The position numbers and the translations under genes were made by a program. Below, piece by piece: positions 1-9,567 of a stretch of DNA of 64,000 bases. This DNA comes from Promethearchaeota archaeon (GTDB taxonomy: Archaea > Asgardarchaeota > Lokiarchaeia > Sigyniarchaeales > SOKP01). How positions within the stretch are numbered: the stretch's first letter is position 1; every line of letters starts with the position of its first letter. The notes beneath the pieces are model-generated. The model saw nothing but the letters and a program-made list of their open reading frames with translations. It did no database searches and was not told the origin of the DNA. Where the stretch lies: positions 32,001 to 96,000 of the forward strand of contig JAUVNS010000001.1 of the NCBI GenBank assembly GCA_030599585.1, read 5' to 3'.

Positions 1-265
1 TACACTCTTCAATATTGATGTTATCGTATCCTGTTCCAGCTCGAACAATCACTTTCAATTTTTTTCCAGCTTTAATTATTTCCGGAGTAATTTTAGTAGC
101 GCTCCTAACTATTATACCATCGAATTGTTCTATAATGTCAAGAAGTTGTTCTCTACTTGTTTTGTCGTTAATCGTAAGTTCAAAATTTTTAAATTTCTTT
201 AATATCTCAACACCTTCTTGAGCTAAACCGTCAGAAATCAGAAGTTTGTAATTTTTTAATTCCAT
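1..265 (-). CDS. D-3-phosphoglycerate / D-2-hydroxyacid dehydrogenase, N-terminal part (runs off the window edge)
   Basis: Not in ORF track. Manual translation MELKNYKLLISDGLAQEGVEIL...FDGIIVRSATKITPEII...LKVIVRAGTGYDNI matches SerA-family motifs. Alternative in-frame ATG at 271. Confidence 0.85.
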   Translation of the reverse strand, partial: MELKNYKLLISDGLAQEGVEILKKFKNFELTINDKTSREQLLDIIEQFDGIIVRSATKITPEIIKAGKKLKVIVRAGTGYDNINIEEC

Positions 266-451
266 AATCATTCATACCGTAAAGTTAATCGTAATTAAAT
301 TTTAATTAAACACTTAGTAGGAATAAACACCGTAAATTTATTATCTTTTCGAATTAAGTAGATCGATAAAAACATGAAGAAAATATATTAAGAATACTTT
401 AGAATAAAATAAAAGTTAAAAAATAAAAAGTTTAATTAATTAAAAAATTTT

Positions 452-1798
452 TTAATAAAATTCACAATCTTCAAGTATCATAGACAAATCTATGACCGGT
501 AAGTCAGGTTTGTTTCGACTGGCAGCTAAATGTAAATTATTTTTACAAAAGACACAAGCGCTAACCAAAACTTCAGCATCTGTTTCGATTGCTTCTTTTA
601 AGCGATCTTCGTTAATGTCCTCCCAGCAAGCTACAGTTTCATCTAAACGGTTATTAGCAATATCAAGTGAGATTTCTCCGTATAAGGCTCTTACTCCGCC
701 TCCAGCACCGCAGCATAACGACATTTCTCTGTTATGTTTCATCTCGATAAACTTAATGCCTTCAATCATGTTCATTAGTTCTCTTGGCTCATCGTAAACT
801 CCACAATATCGTCCTAAGTGGCATGGATCGTGATATGTGATAACCATAGGGTCTTCTTTCGTACGTTTCTTGTATCTTATTTTAAGACCTTTTTGTTTTA
901 CGATTTTAGGAACAAATTGAACTAAGTGAGAAAGCTCAAACCCAAGATCTCCGCCAGCAAATTTAGTATATTCTGTTGTAAATGTAGAAAAACAGCCTGC
1001 ACAAGAAAAGACGAGTTCGTTTACTCCTAATTTACGGACCATGTCAAGGTTATATTCAACTAATTGAAGAGCTTCGTCTTCTAACCCAGTTCGGAACAGA
1101 ACCGACCCACAGCAGTATTCATCTGGAAAGATTAAGAACTTAACGCCTAGTTTTTCTAAAATTCGACTAGTTGCTGTGCTTAACTCGTTATTACGATACG
1201 AACTTGTACAACCAACAAAATATCCTACTAAATGTTCTTCAATATTGCTCGGCTTTAATTCTCCAGATTTTATTGCTTTAGTAAGGTCAGCACCACGCTG
1301 ATAAGCGTCGTATCCTTCTTTACAGGTTTCTGAATCACACCATTTATATCTATCAGTTCCATCTTCGAGAAACGGATTTTTATTTGTCAGTATCGAGTTT
1401 TTTAAGATTCCTAGTTTTTCAGGTAGAACACCTTTACGCACTGCAGTTCTTCTATAATTTTGAAAAACTTCTAATGTATCAATTCCAACAGGGCAAACGG
1501 TTCTACAATGGCCACAAAGCATACACTGATAGAGGGCAGGAATGATTTCTTCTTTATCGAAATCAAGTTCTTTTTTAGATAAGGCTCTGAGGATTCTATT
1601 GCGTCCACCAGCATAGTCTCTTTCAGAAAAGGTTATACTGTATACTCTACAAACGTTACGGCAATAACCGCATTGTATGCATCGCTCGAAATCGTTGTCT
1701 GTTTTATGTCCCGGATCAACTAAATTCTCTTGGTCTGGTGCAAAAAATCCTGAGACTGGAGAGCCAGTTGTTATTACATTTTTAATTTTTTCATTCAT
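452..1798 (-). CDS. Fe-S oxidoreductase, 2x[4Fe-4S] plus two CCG domains (GlcF/HdrD-like)
   Basis: CxxCxxCxxxC twice; YFVGC, CCGS, YHDPCHLGR, CCGAGGG, CVFC motifs. Confidence 0.9.
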   Translation of the reverse strand: MNEKIKNVITTGSPVSGFFAPDQENLVDPGHKTDNDFERCIQCGYCRNVCRVYSITFSERDYAGGRNRILRALSKKELDFDKEEIIPALYQCMLCGHCRTVCPVGIDTLEVFQNYRRTAVRKGVLPEKLGILKNSILTNKNPFLEDGTDRYKWCDSETCKEGYDAYQRGADLTKAIKSGELKPSNIEEHLVGYFVGCTSSYRNNELSTATSRILEKLGVKFLIFPDEYCCGSVLFRTGLEDEALQLVEYNLDMVRKLGVNELVFSCAGCFSTFTTEYTKFAGGDLGFELSHLVQFVPKIVKQKGLKIRYKKRTKEDPMVITYHDPCHLGRYCGVYDEPRELMNMIEGIKFIEMKHNREMSLCCGAGGGVRALYGEISLDIANNRLDETVACWEDINEDRLKEAIETDAEVLVSACVFCKNNLHLAASRNKPDLPVIDLSMILEDCEFY

Positions 1799-1827
1799 TT
1801 TTTTTTACCTCATTTAGTTTTATAATT

Positions 1828-3303
1828 TTAGGCTGCTTTGTAGAGTCGTTTTGCTATCCAAAATAGGAGTCCAACGCGCCAAGTTCTCATCTTTGCTTTC
1901 ACCAATCTATAATTGTTAACGAGATCTTTGGGATCAATTTTGTTTTTCATAGCTAGTAAGGCTGCTGCTTTTTCAGGATGGAATTTTAAAAAGTAGAACG
2001 TATTTACTACACCTAAGGTGTATAAACTGTCTCCATTTTCGTAGTTGTTTATAGTAATATCGTTAAAAACTGCTTTAATTCCGAAAAATTCTCGAGAGTC
2101 CTTAATATCCGAAAGACCGAACAATTTGATTCTGTTTCCTCCTATGGCTCCAGACATCATATAGAATGCTTTTCGATACTTCTTGCCAGCTTTTTCAAGA
2201 TAAAAGTTGTAAAAATCTTCAACTCTATTATCCGATACATAATATTCTTGAAATATCAGATTTTCACACCATCGGCCTAAGTTTAATTCAGTATCAGCCA
2301 TGTCTCTCCATTTTTCTTTTAGATACCATTCCTCAACGCTAAGTCCGTCTAACTTTGAAGCTGTTTCTTTCGCAAATGAAACGCTTTGAGAGGTCACACT
2401 AGAGTCGTCAGAATATACAGCATAGACAAAAAAGCCTCGTGATGGATAAGTCCAGTGAGCATATTTCTCAAATTCTTTATCTGAGAGCGAAAGGAAAAGT
2501 GGTTTACTTGCCTCGTTATTTTTTAATGTTCGAAAGAACTCACTTGCCATTTTAAATGTATTAAAACTATATCCTACCATTTCTAGTGAAGTTTTAAGAG
2601 AAGTAATTTCTAATTCTACTTCAGCAACGGCGCCAAATATCCCAAAAGAGCCTATAATATCATCAAGTGATAAATCTCCTTGAGAATCTTTAGTGATTGT
2701 TTCAGTAGAACCATCAGGTTTCACAAAAACAACAGATCGTAATACATCTTGCATAACTCCATTTTTCAAGACACCAACTCCTACTTTACCAGAAGTAACA
2801 ACAAATCCGCTAACACAACTAGATTTATAGCTAGTAGGGTAGCATTTTGGAGCTAATCCGTACTCGAGAAGTTCTTCCATGAGTTTTTGCCAAGTAATTC
2901 CAGCGTCGCATTTGACAGTCATGTTTTCCTTGTCAATGTTGTGAACTTTGTTCATTCGTCTTAGATCAATTATTACACCACCATTAGTAGGTGTAGAAGA
3001 AGAATAACACGAAGTTCCTGCGGCTCGAAGGGTCATAGGCATTGAATATTCATCGCATTTTTGCATTAATTTAGAAAGCTCTTCGGTATTACCAGGACGA
3101 ATTACGTGACTCGCTCGATATTCTGCTTTAAACTTGTAGTGATACTTCGATAACAGCGAAAGATCACCGGAAGTTGCTTCAATCTCGTAGATATCTGTGC
3201 TTACATGTGGTGAGACTATGAATTCTTCTACTTCTTTAGTAAATTTTGTCTTTCCAATTTCTTGGTTTTCATCAATTTTTGCTTCATTCATTTTTTTTTT
3301 CAC
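1828..3303 (-). CDS. FAD-binding oxidoreductase (GlcD / D-lactate dehydrogenase-like, VAO/PCMH fold)
   Basis: P-x-x-x-EELS, RAAGTS, GGVIIDLRRMN, GSFGIFGAV and C-terminal IDPKDLVN motifs. Confidence 0.85.
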   Translation of the reverse strand: MKKKMNEAKIDENQEIGKTKFTKEVEEFIVSPHVSTDIYEIEATSGDLSLLSKYHYKFKAEYRASHVIRPGNTEELSKLMQKCDEYSMPMTLRAAGTSCYSSSTPTNGGVIIDLRRMNKVHNIDKENMTVKCDAGITWQKLMEELLEYGLAPKCYPTSYKSSCVSGFVVTSGKVGVGVLKNGVMQDVLRSVVFVKPDGSTETITKDSQGDLSLDDIIGSFGIFGAVAEVELEITSLKTSLEMVGYSFNTFKMASEFFRTLKNNEASKPLFLSLSDKEFEKYAHWTYPSRGFFVYAVYSDDSSVTSQSVSFAKETASKLDGLSVEEWYLKEKWRDMADTELNLGRWCENLIFQEYYVSDNRVEDFYNFYLEKAGKKYRKAFYMMSGAIGGNRIKLFGLSDIKDSREFFGIKAVFNDITINNYENGDSLYTLGVVNTFYFLKFHPEKAAALLAMKNKIDPKDLVNNYRLVKAKMRTWRVGLLFWIAKRLYKAA

Positions 3304-3307
3304 CTCA

Positions 3308-3916
3308 TCAGTATACGGGAGGAATGGGTAGATGTAATAAGAGCCCTAAAAGAAAAGCCCCCCACCATCCTGCTAACGTAAAGTATCCAGTCATTCTTGC
3401 GATATTTCGTTGCCCAGAAGCTCCAAATAAAAAGCTTGCGACACCTGTCATCAATCCAAAGGCTCCAAGAAATATATGAAGCGTGTGGATCATTCCGGAA
3501 TAGTTAAGTATTTCCGGTGGACTCAAGAATATTAATAGAATAACGTTAATTATCGTTATAATTAATGAACTTCCAGCAGTTAACCCGTGCCACATAACAT
3601 ATTTAGCTTCGTCGTATAAGACAAGAATCGTCCCAATAGATAGCAAAATTAATGCTGGTAACCCTAAAATTAGACCAATATGCCAACTACCAAAAATTGG
3701 ATCAAATCCAGGAGATTGATAATCAGCCAGTCTAAGAGCAAATATTTCAATACCGTCTAATACTACTATTACAGTCATCAAAACTCCGAATATCGTTGCC
3801 ATAATCCAAATGAGCGCTTTTTGTGTACCCTGTTTTCTATAGTTCAAAATGACAATCAGTGCTATAAATATTGCTACAGCTGCAAAGGAAAGGATTATTT
3901 GTATTTCAGGTTCCAT
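3308..3916 (-). CDS. Polytopic membrane protein with intramembrane His (possible cytochrome b561/DUF420-like heme binder)
   Basis: About 6 hydrophobic segments; WHIG, WHGL, IHTLHIF; only 4 nt from the downstream FAD gene. Confidence 0.5.
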   Translation of the reverse strand: MEPEIQIILSFAAVAIFIALIVILNYRKQGTQKALIWIMATIFGVLMTVIVVLDGIEIFALRLADYQSPGFDPIFGSWHIGLILGLPALILLSIGTILVLYDEAKYVMWHGLTAGSSLIITIINVILLIFLSPPEILNYSGMIHTLHIFLGAFGLMTGVASFLFGASGQRNIARMTGYFTLAGWWGAFLLGLLLHLPIPPVY

Positions 3917-4017
3917 ATATCTTTACCTTTTTTTTTTTATTTTGTTTAAATTTGTAGTTAAATTTTGATATTTTATTTAATCATTTATAATGCTAAATAA
4001 ACCTTGTTATTCCATAA

Positions 4018-4905
4018 TCACCTAAAAATTACACCTAAGAAGACTAATAAAAACCCAACTAGCATGTAAAGTGAAGCGATCTTGAAGATTAGAAACGTAA
4101 GTTTATTCGTCGGTTTTATCAAACTTTTGATTGATAGAATTATGATAAATAACGACATGACACCCCAGATAATTCTGATAATCGCATTTGCACCTAATAA
4201 TCTCGCAGCTTCGTAAAGCGCTACACTACTAAGAAACGCACCAATAGCTATTACGCGCATAGTCTGGGCTTGTGAACTAACAACAGGCCACATAGGTACC
4301 TTTGCTTTTTTATACCCCTCAAAATTTCTAGGAATTAATGCTATCGTAAGAATATGCACAGGTATCCAAGTAAGAATGAAAATTAGCAATAAAAATCCAA
4401 TCCAATCTAAACTCCCAGTTATTGCGACTCGACCTGCCCAAGCAGGGAGCCCACCGGCTATCCCTCCGAAGATAATACTATATTTAGTTCTTCTTTTTAA
4501 CCAGATGCTATAAATTACCACATCAAAGAAGAATCCAAAAAACACGATTAAAGCGGCTAACCAATTTAGGGTAACAAACGCAAGTAATATTCCTAAAACA
4601 GTGAATATGGTTCCAAATGTAAGCACTGAGGAGGCAGTAACTTTTCCACTAGGTAGGGGTCGATCTTTTGTCCGTTCCATGATTGCGTCGATATCTCTGT
4701 CTATGTACATATTAAGCACCGTAGTTCCCGATACTGCAAGATACAGCGAAATTGCTAAATGGAGTAAATTAAACCAGTTAATTTCTACTGCTAAACTTAC
4801 AGCCGTTATCAAATAAGTAAAAACACCAGTATACACTAAAAGTATTGTCTGTCTCGCTTTAATAAGTTCTCCGAAGAGCGTTAATATATTTTTAAAGTTC
4901 AACAA
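4018..4905 (-). CDS. ctaB: Protoheme IX farnesyltransferase (heme O synthase), UbiA family
   Basis: NMYIDRDIDAIMERTKDRPLPSG, YSIWLKRRT, GGIAGGLP, WIPVH, YKKAKVPMWPVV. Confidence 0.93.
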   Translation of the reverse strand: MLNFKNILTLFGELIKARQTILLVYTGVFTYLITAVSLAVEINWFNLLHLAISLYLAVSGTTVLNMYIDRDIDAIMERTKDRPLPSGKVTASSVLTFGTIFTVLGILLAFVTLNWLAALIVFFGFFFDVVIYSIWLKRRTKYSIIFGGIAGGLPAWAGRVAITGSLDWIGFLLLIFILTWIPVHILTIALIPRNFEGYKKAKVPMWPVVSSQAQTMRVIAIGAFLSSVALYEAARLLGANAIIRIIWGVMSLFIIILSIKSLIKPTNKLTFLIFKIASLYMLVGFLLVFLGVIFR

Positions 4906-5081
4906 TATCCCCGAGCGTTTACTATTATTATTCAGTTTATAAATGAAATAAATACCAAATAAAAGTTTAATAGTGAAATTAAGAATACTTTATAAAATTT
5001 TATTTCGAGAAATATAAGATTAGAATAGAACAAAATAAGAATAGAAAAAAATAAGATTAGAAAAAAATTTTTTATCCGATT

Positions 5082-6608
5082 TTAAGCGGTTTTTTCAGTA
5101 AGAATCAGAGGTTTAGATACTCCGTGAGCCGCTGGTGGTAAAGTTTTTACATTTTTAGCAAGCGCGTATAATCCGAGTACAAAGCCTGTTAAGAGAACCC
5201 ATACTCCTATAAATGTTACGGTTCGAAAGCCGTCGAAGTTTTCCAATCCTTGAAAACGTATCATATGCAACATTGCGAAAGGAAATGTTAAATTAACTCC
5301 GATAAAAAATGTCCAACCCAGAATTTGTTTTAACCTACCCTTAACCTTGAAAAAGTCAATAGCGTGTATCATCAGAGCCACAGCGATCATCACTGCCAAT
5401 TGGTGCCAGTGAGCAACATTAAAGTTATACTCCAGCGTTACCATAATAGGTAATCTATAATATTCATCTACTAAAAGACCAACATAGATTTGAGGAAAAA
5501 CTAAAATTTCTGCGATAAAAAGCAGGTAATAATACGACAACTTTACAGGTTCCTTAAACAATGCTTTAAGCTTTTGCCCACGCGATGCATCCCGGAAATC
5601 GTCTCCCATATGATCCTTAATAGTGTTCTTCATGCCAATAATTGACATAACAACCGTTACGAGGATCAATATACCTGCTCCGACCCATATTATGTAATGA
5701 TTTAGGACCCAAGCACCCCACGATAATGTTATAACGCCAATCGGAGTAATTACCAAGAGTCTAGTATAAAGTTTACCTGACATTTTACTCGTACGGAAGG
5801 CGACCAACATAACCATAGCGGCTGATTGAGCAAGCTGTATGTGTAGGTGACCAACTATCATGTCTTGGACGATATCGTGATGCCCGCCAAATGTTATACC
5901 TTTTCTGATGATGGCTTCTGCTAAGAAGGCAATAGGTTCCCGACCTAATCCCCAAATAGTACCAGTAAAGTTTTCAATAGCGGACAGAGCGCCATATATT
6001 GCCGAAACCATAATACATATAGCGAGGACACAAAGATTGAAGTATTCCAAATTTAACCCGCGAAAAGTCGATCCATCGGGGTTATGTTTTGGAAATCTAT
6101 TTTTCACGGGCCAAGCTGCTATAAGAAATACTAATCCACCGATAAAACACAATAGCATCCCGAACGTGAAAAGTTCGTGGAAAATTCTTAGACGTGTATA
6201 GGCAAAAATCATTCCGTTTATACCTACAAGAAACGCACTAGGTATAAAGAGAATTTTTAAGGTTGGTAACCACCTCTTACGGACTTCGTAGTGTTCTAAT
6301 ATCCAGAATGTGTTCGCGATAAAAAAGGGTAGCGCTAACGAGTGATATATCATGACAAGTCGAGCTGTCCTTGACATCACAGTGTCGTTAAGCATCCAAG
6401 GCCAGATCGGCTCTCCACCAATTAAAACGGTTAAGGGTTCAGAGAATGTCATATAGAATAATACTTGTATAAAGACAAAAGCGAACAACATAAAATGTAT
6501 CTTCTTAAAATTCGTTTCTGATTCAACTTTCATATCCTGTGTTTCCATTGACTTTTCTACACCAGTTTCCATTGGGACTGTTTCTGTTATTTCTGTTATT
6601 TTTAACAC
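5082..6608 (-). CDS. ~12-TM protein with heme-copper oxidase subunit I-like His pattern (divergent)
   Basis: Three 4-helix repeats carrying RLVMIYHS, MIVGHLH and FNVAHWH; adjacent to ctaB. The start may be a downstream ATG. Confidence 0.55.
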   Translation of the reverse strand: MLKITEITETVPMETGVEKSMETQDMKVESETNFKKIHFMLFAFVFIQVLFYMTFSEPLTVLIGGEPIWPWMLNDTVMSRTARLVMIYHSLALPFFIANTFWILEHYEVRKRWLPTLKILFIPSAFLVGINGMIFAYTRLRIFHELFTFGMLLCFIGGLVFLIAAWPVKNRFPKHNPDGSTFRGLNLEYFNLCVLAICIMVSAIYGALSAIENFTGTIWGLGREPIAFLAEAIIRKGITFGGHHDIVQDMIVGHLHIQLAQSAAMVMLVAFRTSKMSGKLYTRLLVITPIGVITLSWGAWVLNHYIIWVGAGILILVTVVMSIIGMKNTIKDHMGDDFRDASRGQKLKALFKEPVKLSYYYLLFIAEILVFPQIYVGLLVDEYYRLPIMVTLEYNFNVAHWHQLAVMIAVALMIHAIDFFKVKGRLKQILGWTFFIGVNLTFPFAMLHMIRFQGLENFDGFRTVTFIGVWVLLTGFVLGLYALAKNVKTLPPAAHGVSKPLILTEKTA

Positions 6609-6933
6609 CTTAATTTGTAATATAGATTAAAAAAGTATTTTTTTACTAATTAAATAATTATTGATTAATATATCTTTTGTTTAAGCGAAAAACTATGAGA
6701 GATAGAAGTAGTTACCCTATTCCTTATAAATTTAATAATTGAGAATGATGTAAAATAGAATTTTTTGATTGGGTTATGCTTTAGGATTAATAAACCTAAC
6801 GGATAAATGAGATTTATATACGAGATTAATTGTCTTAAATTGAATAACCGAATTTCAAGAGTAGAGGTTATTAGTAAAAAAAATAAAAAATAAAAAAAAA
6901 TTTATTGTATAAATGCATTTTAATTAATTTAGC

Positions 6934-7746
6934 TTAGTCTTCTAATTCAATACCTGCAATATCAAAGCCCCATCTTTTAGGAACGAATGTTCCCCAAGCA
7001 AAGGCTGCAATAGCTAACGTTAAAGCAAATGGAAATACTGATAGGACTATAAATAGATATCCGACTAATATGTAATTACCCGTATCTACTACCATCGTTT
7101 GAGCATCGTATGGGAATGAATACCCGAACAAAGCTGCAAGACCTATAAGAAGTCCTACTAGACTCATTATAGCACCTGCTGCTACGAATGCCCATGTGGA
7201 AGGTCCGTTTTCTTCCTTCGTTGTTATTGGCAGATAAATTATTAAAGCTGCGCTGGGAATGTGTAGAGCCAATACTAGAATCGTAGTAACAATACCGGGA
7301 ATCACTTGAAAACCGTATGTATAAGGAACGGCAATATTTGGATTTTTAAGAACCATTATTGCTACAGACATACAAACAACATACAGTAATAGGAGATTTC
7401 CGATCCTTGTCTTTTCAGGCTTAACATTTTTCCATAGACCTACCGCAAACAGCCCTAATGTTAAAGCTGAAAAACCGGCAGGTATCGCAGTTAGAAAATA
7501 CTCGAAATCACCACCCGGAATAGCTAAGTGGAGATTTATCCAGAGCAAAGCAAATGAAATACCCCAAAGGAAGTGTTCTTGTTTCCTACTATTGAAATAG
7601 GAAGCCAACAGAAATAATGCGAAAATTATTGAGATAATAGCTCCAATCCACATTACGACTTCAATCATTTGACTATTAGGATATCCTTCAAAGCCGAACT
7701 CCCAAGGACCCGGAGGGGGACCACTAGGCGGTTGAAATAACACCAT
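6934..7746 (-). CDS. ~7-TM membrane protein of unknown function
   Basis: 270-aa ORF with about seven hydrophobic helices and a Pro-rich N-terminus. Confidence 0.7.
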   Translation of the reverse strand: MVLFQPPSGPPPGPWEFGFEGYPNSQMIEVVMWIGAIISIIFALFLLASYFNSRKQEHFLWGISFALLWINLHLAIPGGDFEYFLTAIPAGFSALTLGLFAVGLWKNVKPEKTRIGNLLLLYVVCMSVAIMVLKNPNIAVPYTYGFQVIPGIVTTILVLALHIPSAALIIYLPITTKEENGPSTWAFVAAGAIMSLVGLLIGLAALFGYSFPYDAQTMVVDTGNYILVGYLFIVLSVFPFALTLAIAAFAWGTFVPKRWGFDIAGIELED

Positions 7747-7769
7747 TTTTTATATCACTTTTTTTTGTA

Positions 7770-7922
7770 TTTTTTTTATTTAATTTTATATTTATTTAAA
7801 AAAGTTTGTTTTGTAATTTTTTTTTAAATAATAGTAATAAATAGAAATGCTCTAGTATAAAAAGGTTTGTGATTGAAACCACATATGAATTATGATTCAA
7901 AATAAGAATAAATCTTTAAATA
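7770..7922 (-). repeat. Left arm of ~153-bp inverted repeat (upstream region of 6934..7746)
   Basis: Reverse complement of 8581..8733 with about 4 mismatches by manual alignment. Confidence 0.95.
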
Positions 7923-8173
7923 ATAGTTGTCGACACGGGGTAGATGTTCATCTTCCATCTGTAATCTAACGACGCTGCTGGTAAAGCCCGACCGAACGAA
8001 CAACGATAACACAACAATCCATGATATTACAAACACTGTTACTAGTTAGGCGAATTTTGTGTGTTTTTGAGGTTATTTTTTATTCACTATTTATTTTTTT
8101 TAACTTCGTTTTATATTTTACCTTAATTTTTACATATAAAAGTCTGTTTATATTGATTTTTTTTTCTTTAGTC

Positions 8174-8398
8174 TCAAGTATGTCGTTTTGAAATCGCTAT
8201 ATAATTATGATTTCTACCTGGAAATAATTTTTCCTTCCACTCTGTAATACCTTCTTCGATTTCTTTTTTGTGTTTTAGATGCGATCCACGGTAATAAGGT
8301 ATATAAGGATTCATTCTATTGGTTTAATTTACGTAATTATCCATTCTAAATTGGTTTAGCTCGAGTTCGATTATGTCTTCCTTGTTTTTGGCCCAGTA
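8174..8398 (-). pseudogene. Degenerate coding remnant inside the inverted-repeat spacer
   Basis: Protein-like frame YWAKNKEDIIELELNQFRMDNYVN*TNRMNPYIPYYRGSHLKHKKEIEEGITEWKEKLFPG... with an internal TAA; family not recognised. Confidence 0.3.
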
Positions 8399-8580
8399 AC
8401 TTGGTTATTATCCCTAGACCAATCATCAAAGAATTAAACTTCTATAGATTTACACTTAAGTATCACATTTACAATCAAATGCAATGGGTTGGAATCGTTT
8501 TTGTCCCAACTCAACTGATCATCGTAGGAGAATCGTCTATTTTAGCTAATTTCTCGAATTTAACGGATGAAGTATTTTAC

Positions 8581-8733
8581 TATTTAAAGACTGATTCATA
8601 TTTTGAATCATAATTCATATGTGGTTTCAATCACAAACCTTTTTATACTAGAGCATTTCTATTTATTACTATTATTTAAAAAAAAATTACAAAACAAACT
8701 TTTTTAAATAAATATAAAATCAAATAAAAAAAA
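8581..8733 (+). repeat. Right arm of ~153-bp inverted repeat (upstream region of 8742..9503)
   Basis: Matches the reverse complement of 7770..7922; contains TTTTTATA (8640-8647) and two small dyads. Confidence 0.95.
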
Positions 8734-8741
8734 ACAAATAT

Positions 8742-9503
8742 GTGGTGTTTAAAACGCGGATAAAACGATCTGAATTTATATTTAATATTATAGTGTTAGC
8801 TCTTTTTGCGATTGTAGCGAGTACTCAAATACTCAGTGCTTATGGGGCTATATGTGTAGTGTGGGATTTACCCCGTGGTCCAGGATTTCCTGTACCCAAT
8901 AGCACGTGGGGTAATGATACAGTCAGAGCTTTAAGTTGGCTATATCAACCATCGAATGTAGTAACCTGGATTGTAGCATTTGCTTACGGCGTTTTGATGT
9001 ACTTATACTTAACGAAAATGCCTTGGAAACGTTTCTTTTTAATTTCTATGGCTGTCGCCTTCGCAGGATTCATTACTGGACTTCTCCCTGCACTTGCCTC
9101 AGATACTTCTGGATTTACTGTTCCGTTTGAGGGAATTGGTTCCCCGAATTGGGGGCGAACAATAGGAAATGCAATAATGATGGTTCTACTTGTTGTGATG
9201 AACTTTGTACCAAGATTAAATGTAGCGACCAAAAAATTTATTGAAGAGCGTAGCATAGCTGGACAATATGTAAAACAAATGATTTTAATATCCTTGTTTT
9301 TCTTCTGGTTAGCAGCGACTTCATTCCTCGGGACACAGTTCATGAGAGATGCTCACGTAGTAGACGGAATTAATATTTGGACTACTGTTGACTTCCAATT
9401 TGCTGGTGGAGTAATTACGACAATCATTGGTGCTTCAATAATGTCAACCGCTTTGATTTACAATCAAATTCGACCATCCTCAGCGCTTATAACAACTAAG
9501 TAA
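8742..9503 (+). CDS. Polytopic membrane protein of unknown function
   Basis: 253 aa, about 6 hydrophobic segments, followed by a T-tract. Confidence 0.7.
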   Translation: MVFKTRIKRSEFIFNIIVLALFAIVASTQILSAYGAICVVWDLPRGPGFPVPNSTWGNDTVRALSWLYQPSNVVTWIVAFAYGVLMYLYLTKMPWKRFFLISMAVAFAGFITGLLPALASDTSGFTVPFEGIGSPNWGRTIGNAIMMVLLVVMNFVPRLNVATKKFIEERSIAGQYVKQMILISLFFFWLAATSFLGTQFMRDAHVVDGINIWTTVDFQFAGGVITTIIGASIMSTALIYNQIRPSSALITTK

Positions 9504-9567
9504 AAGTAGATAATGCTAAAAATATTATAAATGATGTAGCATTCCGCAAGTAATTGGAGTGTTTAAA

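Noticed and set aside
5082-6608. Calling this a canonical cytochrome c/quinol oxidase subunit I or NorB
   Set aside because: Lacks the HPxVY/HLWVE helix VI motif and the helix VII HH pair; no subunit II gene nearby
8401-8613. 70-aa ORF in the inverted-repeat spacer
   Set aside because: TTG start, no motif, and it runs into the repeat arm; probably spurious
7770-8733. Intact IS element or composite transposon
   Set aside because: No transposase ORF between the arms and no target-site duplication identified; the arms end at gene starts
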